Of a stretch of 64,000 nucleotides of DNA, positions 59,082 through 64,000 are shown piece after piece; the stretch's first letter is position 1, and each line of letters begins with the position of its first letter. The stretch spans positions 3,104,001-3,168,000 of the forward strand of contig OY969696.1 of the NCBI GenBank assembly GCA_963702005.1, in the 5' to 3' direction. Source of the stretch: Candidatus Aminicenantes bacterium (GTDB lineage Bacteria > Acidobacteriota > Aminicenantia > Aminicenantales > JAFGBC01). The notes beneath the pieces are model-generated. The model did no database searches, had not been told where the DNA came from, and saw only the letters and a list, made by a program, of their open reading frames with translations. A program made the position numbers and the translations under genes.

Positions 59082-60110
59082 GTGCAAACGGCAAAGAGCT
59101 TTGGGTCCAAAGATATAACGGGCCTTATGGGGATCGTTATGATCAGTCCAAAGATCAGGCTTGTGCCATTGCCGTAGACGCCAAGGGCAATGTCTATGTC
59201 ACCGGGAGCAGCTCGGACCCGCAATCCTATGATGACTACGCCACTATCAAGTACGACCGCAACGGCAAACAGCTCTGGGTCAAAAGATTTATCGGGTCCA
59301 TAGAAAGCGGTCAATATGCAGATTCCCATGCAACGGCCATCGCCATAGACGGCTCGGGCAACGTCTATGTCACCGGATATAGCGCGCGTTCAGGCGGCGA
59401 TTACGTCTACGTTACCATCAAGTACAGCACAAACGGCGACGAGCTCTGGGTCAGCAAATATAAAGGGCCGAATGGAGGCGATGGTTTTGCATCTGCCATC
59501 GCGGTCGACAGTGCGGGCAACGTCTATGTCACCGGAGAGAGCCCGGGTTCAGGCGACAATAACGACTTGACAACCATCAAGATTAACCCAAACGGCAAAC
59601 AGCTCTGGGTCCAAAGGTACTTTGGGCCGCAAAAAAAACAATCCAATGCTTCCACCGAACCGACATGCTTCATTGCCGTGGACGGCTCGGGCAACGTCTC
59701 TGTCAGCGGGACGAGCCAGCGTTCGGGCGCCAGCTGCGACTATGCCACCATCAAGTACGACACAAACGGCCGACAGCTCTGGGTCCAAAGGTACGACGGG
59801 CCGACCCAACGCGATGACCGCCCGAGCGATGTGGCCGTAGACGGCTCGGGCAATGTCTATGTCACGGGATGGAGCAAAGGTTCAAGCTACTCCGATTGCG
59901 ACTATGTCACCATCATGTACAGCCCAAACGGCAAACAGCTTTGGCTGAAAAAGTATTGTGGGCCGGGCAACGGCCATGATGCGGCACACGCCATTGCCGT
60001 GGACGGCTCGGGCAATGTTTATGTCACCGGAGAGAGTCAAAGCTCGGGCGATTGGTGGTCGTATTCAGATTACGCCACCATAAAATATTAGATAGCTCCG
60101 ATCCCGAGGC

Positions 60111-61850
60111 CTAGTTGGTGATCTTCACCTGATCCACGAATCCGGTGTCCAGGCCCGCCGAGCCGCTTGCGTTGCGCTTGAACTCCCACTTCACGACGTG
60201 ATCGCCGGCGCCGATATCGAAGGTCTTCGGCTTCCAGACGCTGATGCCGCTGAGGGTTGCTTTGGCCGTCGCATCCACATAAAAGCCGAGCTTGTCCCCC
60301 TTCTCGGATGAGGTCTTCCACCAGAATGAGATCTTCGCGGGGCCCTGGACGGAGATCGACAGCCAGCTTGACTGGTTGTGACCGAGGATGTCCGGCCGCG
60401 CCGCGTCCACGCCGTCGTGCGTCTCGGACGTCTGCCCGAGCCAGGACTGCGAGCCGCCGGTCTGCCAGGCGCCGGACTGGTCCAGGGCGGAGGGGAGCGG
60501 GACCCCGGGCCACAAACCAGGGGCCGCCTGGGCCAGCCTCAGCTCTGCCTCGTTGAGCGTGGGATTGATATAATAATACGAGAGGAAGGCGCGCCCGTCC
60601 GGGCCGAGCGCCAGGCGGCAGTCGCCGGAGCCGGTGGTCCCGGTCTTCTTGACCTTCTCCGTGACCCAGGCTTTTCCCACCTGCGCCCCGAAGACCAGGT
60701 TTAAGGACATGTCGCCGTAGGCCGCGGCAGGCCGGCCGTCGCCGCTCAACATGAAACCTAATTGGCCCGGCACGCCCTTGGCGATCGAAGCGACCTTCGA
60801 CCAGCCGCCCGCGGAGAAGCTCGCGTAGCGGAGAGCATTGTTGACGCCGTCCACCAAGAGGGTGGCGGCTACGTGAGGGTTGCCTGCGGCGTCGAGTCTC
60901 AGGTAAGTCGCTCCGTGGTAGCAGTTGTAGGGCTTGATGGCATCGACGTTCGTCTTGCTCCAGACGGCTCCGTTGGTCGACGTCGCATACCTCACGATGT
61001 CTGCATACCATCCGTCGATGATGATCCGTTCGTCCCCGCAGACGTAGGCCGCGTGAGCCCGTCCGGCGCCATCTATGGCGAGCGATACCGCCGCGCTGTC
61101 TTCCACTTTATCGTAGGGCCCGCCGGTGCTGACGTCCGTGATGACCCAGGCCTTTCCGTTCAAGGAGGCGTATCTTAATCCCACCTCAAGCGTGTCATCG
61201 TAGAACACGGTATAGAAGATGTGGGGCCGGTTCTGGCTGTCAAGCGCGATGGCGTTTTGCTCGCCGCACTGGAACTTCTGGTTGCCGTCGACGACCTGGT
61301 TGGACCACGTCGCGCCGTTATAAACGGCGTACATGAGCCGCTTGGCGGCGGCGTCGAAGTAAGCCACGTGCGGCGTTCCGGAGGCCGCGAGGGCCATCGA
61401 GATGGTATGAACCCCGTCGGAGCCCCAGCCGGGGTCATTTGCTATTTTCGAGAACTTCCAGGCACTGCCGGTCCAGGCGGCATAACGGTAGGTGTCGTTG
61501 CTTTGCGCCGTGTAGGCAAGGCGCGGAAGGCCGTTGGCGTCCACACAGAGCGCATGGTCGGCTCCGGGGATATTCCAGCGCTCTACCAGCGCGTCATGCC
61601 AGGTCCCCTCCCAGGCCGCCCGCTCCGGCTGGGATCCCGCCCCCATTCCGAAGAGCGCCGCCAGCAAGGCCATGAGGCCGATTCCCAAGCGGAAGCCCGA
61701 AGGCGGCCTCTTGCTCCGACGGCTCGCGAAGAGCTTCTGGCCAATCCATCCGAAAGAATTCGACGATAAAGCATGCATGAAAGCCTCCCGTCTATTGAAG
61801 GATTCCGAACGACGACTCCTCATTCCCGACAATAGGATTTTCCTTGCCAA
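60111..61850 (-). CDS. Secreted beta-propeller surface protein
   Basis: Repeats of LALD..G.PHVAY...LRYA..G..W; C-terminal SFWWKTSSE..D.L.F domain; start uncertain (ATG 61778 plausible). Confidence 0.8.
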   Translation of the reverse strand: MARKILLSGMRSRRSESFNRREAFMHALSSNSFGWIGQKLFASRRSKRPPSGFRLGIGLMALLAALFGMGAGSQPERAAWEGTWHDALVERWNIPGADHALCVDANGLPRLAYTAQSNDTYRYAAWTGSAWKFSKIANDPGWGSDGVHTISMALAASGTPHVAYFDAAAKRLMYAVYNGATWSNQVVDGNQKFQCGEQNAIALDSQNRPHIFYTVFYDDTLEVGLRYASLNGKAWVITDVSTGGPYDKVEDSAAVSLAIDGAGRAHAAYVCGDERIIIDGWYADIVRYATSTNGAVWSKTNVDAIKPYNCYHGATYLRLDAAGNPHVAATLLVDGVNNALRYASFSAGGWSKVASIAKGVPGQLGFMLSGDGRPAAAYGDMSLNLVFGAQVGKAWVTEKVKKTGTTGSGDCRLALGPDGRAFLSYYYINPTLNEAELRLAQAAPGLWPGVPLPSALDQSGAWQTGGSQSWLGQTSETHDGVDAARPDILGHNQSSWLSISVQGPAKISFWWKTSSEKGDKLGFYVDATAKATLSGISVWKPKTFDIGAGDHVVKWEFKRNASGSAGLDTGFVDQVKITN

Positions 61851-62048
61851 CTCTGCGCCGACCTGCCGGGCGGAGAGGTTGCCCCCTACTCCCTGATGTT
61901 CACATTCGGCTGCGTTCGTGATATTGCTCTCTTCGGTTCAGAATAGGTCGGGCGGAGGGATCTGACAATCACCGCCTTGGATGATTATCGTGATGATATT
62001 TTCTCCCCTCGTCTCTCGGAAGGGGCTAATTGGCCACTCGCTGGAGGG

Positions 62049-62606
62049 TCACCCCTTCCAGAGACGAGGGAAAAAGCGAGGGATGCGGGACATGTAATCA
62101 CGATAGGATGGGATGCGGCGCACGAGGTCGACTTCTTCCAGACGCGCCTGGACAAAGACGTAGCCCACGCAAAGACCGCAGGCGACGAGAGCCGGAACGG
62201 TGGGATGGAGGATGGCGCCGCTGAGTATTATGAGGAGGAAACCGGAGTAAATCGGATGTCGGGTGTGATTATAGATGCTTTTGATCACGAGCTTGTCCTG
62301 GGAGGTGGGTCGAAAAGACCTCATGCCCAGCAGGGCAAGCCCCCAGATCATCGGAATCAAACCAATGGCAATCAAGACCCAGCCCAAGATTTGGATCGCA
62401 GGATTTAGAGCGTAGAGATGAGGGGCGGGTTTTCGAAAGGCCAGTATCAGGCCGATGACCCAGACGGGAATGCCCAGGATATTCCGCAGGACAAAGGTGG
62501 CCGCGCGGCCGCCTCTCTCGCCTAAACGGCGCGCATAGAAATCCGTGAAAGCGCTGGCCCAGTTGAAAAGAAAGCCGATCAATAAGGGAATGAGGAAGAT
62601 AGACAT
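62049..62606 (-). CDS. Isoprenylcysteine/PEMT-family membrane methyltransferase
   Basis: LVIKSIYNHTRHPIYSG, EE..L...YRDYM.R.PRF. Confidence 0.85.
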   Translation of the reverse strand: MSIFLIPLLIGFLFNWASAFTDFYARRLGERGGRAATFVLRNILGIPVWVIGLILAFRKPAPHLYALNPAIQILGWVLIAIGLIPMIWGLALLGMRSFRPTSQDKLVIKSIYNHTRHPIYSGFLLIILSGAILHPTVPALVACGLCVGYVFVQARLEEVDLVRRIPSYRDYMSRIPRFFPRLWKG

Positions 62607-62822
62607 GCCTTCGACCCCCAAGTCCGGTCAATGACTGAGTCTTGGCTCCTATTTATATTAACGCAAAGTGGGATGATAGGTTTAGAGAAGAATTCAAACT
62701 CACGCCAGCCGCCGGCGGATAAAACAGCGAATTGAACCGGGCGGATAAATTAAGATGCATTGACAAACTCCTGGCTATTCTATACTATTACTATAGTGTT
62801 TATAGGATTATGAGGAATTAAA

Positions 62823-63365
62823 TTGAAGTTCGATTATAAAACCGTTTTAGTTGTCCTGGCTTGTGCCGTGATTCTAAGCGGGACGTTCAGGCCCGGCTAT
62901 GCTCAGACGACCGTCCAGTCCCTGTCCGTTTCCCCGAGCGCCCTCAGGCCGGCTTCCCGTGCCGCCGCCGACTTGGACTGGTTCGGGACCCAGACGGAGT
63001 TCTACTTCCTCAACCTCGATTTCGCAAACCGCTACGATGAGGAAAGCTATGCGCCGCTTTTTCTTCCCGACCGGGCGCGGATCAAGTCCCTGGTCGTGCA
63101 TTACATGGACCGGGGCTGCGCCCAGGCTCAGGAGCTCTGGGTGACTCTGGTCCGTCAGAACATGGCGAGCGGGCTGGTCCAGAAGATGGCCGAAGTCACC
63201 AGCCGGGGTCTCAAGATCGATCCGACCCGGAAAACGCTCGAAGACGCGACGATCGACAACGGCCTGGTGGATAACCGCCGCTACTCCTACAGCCTCCTCG
63301 TCAAATTCAATTACATCAAACACGACCGGGTCCGTTTCCACGGCGCCCGGATCGTCTACGAATGA
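62823..63365 (+). CDS. Secreted hypothetical protein
   Basis: Signal peptide; GAGG SD; TTGACA-N17-TACTAT upstream. Confidence 0.7.
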   Translation: MKFDYKTVLVVLACAVILSGTFRPGYAQTTVQSLSVSPSALRPASRAAADLDWFGTQTEFYFLNLDFANRYDEESYAPLFLPDRARIKSLVVHYMDRGCAQAQELWVTLVRQNMASGLVQKMAEVTSRGLKIDPTRKTLEDATIDNGLVDNRRYSYSLLVKFNYIKHDRVRFHGARIVYE

Positions 63366-63501
63366 CTTGAACGGCCGCCGAATCGGCGGACCTTGACATC
63401 GGCGCGCGGCTGGCAATATTATTCCATCGTGATCAGCAAGAGAGATTCGGCGCTCGGAGCGGTGGAGGGGTGAATTAGAAAAGAGTGGCTGACACGACAG
63501 A

Positions 63502-64000
63502 ATGCTCCAGATAGGACCTAGAGACGGACCCGTTTCGCAAGAGGGGCACGTAGCCGTCATTATCGTCAATTACAACGGGGGGGACAAGATTCTGAAATGT
63601 CTCCAATCGCTTGAACGTCAAACTTACCCCAATTTTAAGGCAGTGGTCGTCGATAATCGATCCAGGGACGGATCGCTCGAGGCGGTCCGAACGCGGTTTC
63701 CTCAAGTGAGGGTCATCGAAAACGATACCAATGCCGGTTGGGGCATTGCCTGCAACGTCGGGATTGAAGCCACGACAAGCGAATACGTGGCATTGCTCAA
63801 TAACGATGCCTATCTTGACGAACGCTGCCTCGAAGAAATGGTGCGGTCCATTCAACTCCTCGAAGACTACGGCTCGTGCGCCAGCAAAATTCTTCTCTGG
63901 GACGACCCGGCTAAGATCGAAGTGGCCGGCTTGGTGATCTATCGAGACGGGCTGTCCGTCGGGAGGGGGCGCTTGCAGCCGCCGGATCGCTACAACGACT
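63502..64000 (+). CDS. Glycosyltransferase family 2 (partial)
   Basis: VIIVNYNG...VVDNRSRDGS...N.GWGIACNVG...LLNNDA; runs off the window. Confidence 0.9.
   Translation, partial: MLQIGPRDGPVSQEGHVAVIIVNYNGGDKILKCLQSLERQTYPNFKAVVVDNRSRDGSLEAVRTRFPQVRVIENDTNAGWGIACNVGIEATTSEYVALLNNDAYLDERCLEEMVRSIQLLEDYGSCASKILLWDDPAKIEVAGLVIYRDGLSVGRGRLQPPDRYND

Larger units (their letters stand above)
58046..60091 (+). pseudogene. SBBP-repeat secreted protein interrupted by IS200
   Basis: DYATIKYS (to ~58477) rejoins ANGKELWV (from 59084), open to TAG at 60091. Confidence 0.88.

Overview
The window has two parts. Left (~1-39 kb): a mosaic mobile island. Its + strand backbone looks archaeal: Orc1/Cdc6 initiator, archaeal-type tyrosine integrase with Zn ribbon, HerA/VirD4-like ATPase-nuclease fusion, NYN, and a RadC/DUF2958 small-gene cluster, several preceded by TATA-like boxes. 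It is interleaved with lower-GC, defence-like cargo: kinase+TPR, PRTase module, NERD/PD-(D/E)XK nucleases, Abi_C, a ParB-PAPS reductase operon and a type IIG R-M gene, some with canonical sigma70 promoters. A small FimB-like recombinase gene sits between two inverted dyad recombination sites. Inversion would assemble a TTGACT-N18-TATAAT promoter pointing into a sufS-cysM operon. Right (~39-64 kb): bacterial DNA with six tRNA gene fragments (Leu, Glu, Ala 3' parts; three Arg 5' halves). Three repeated integrase-less cassettes each carry one secreted-protein gene. It also holds tandem SBBP paralogues, an IS1111-type IS110 element with candidate guide matches to its target, an IS200 splitting an SBBP gene, an IS91 remnant and NHL/beta-propeller surface proteins. 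All calls come from motif reading by eye; no searches were run.
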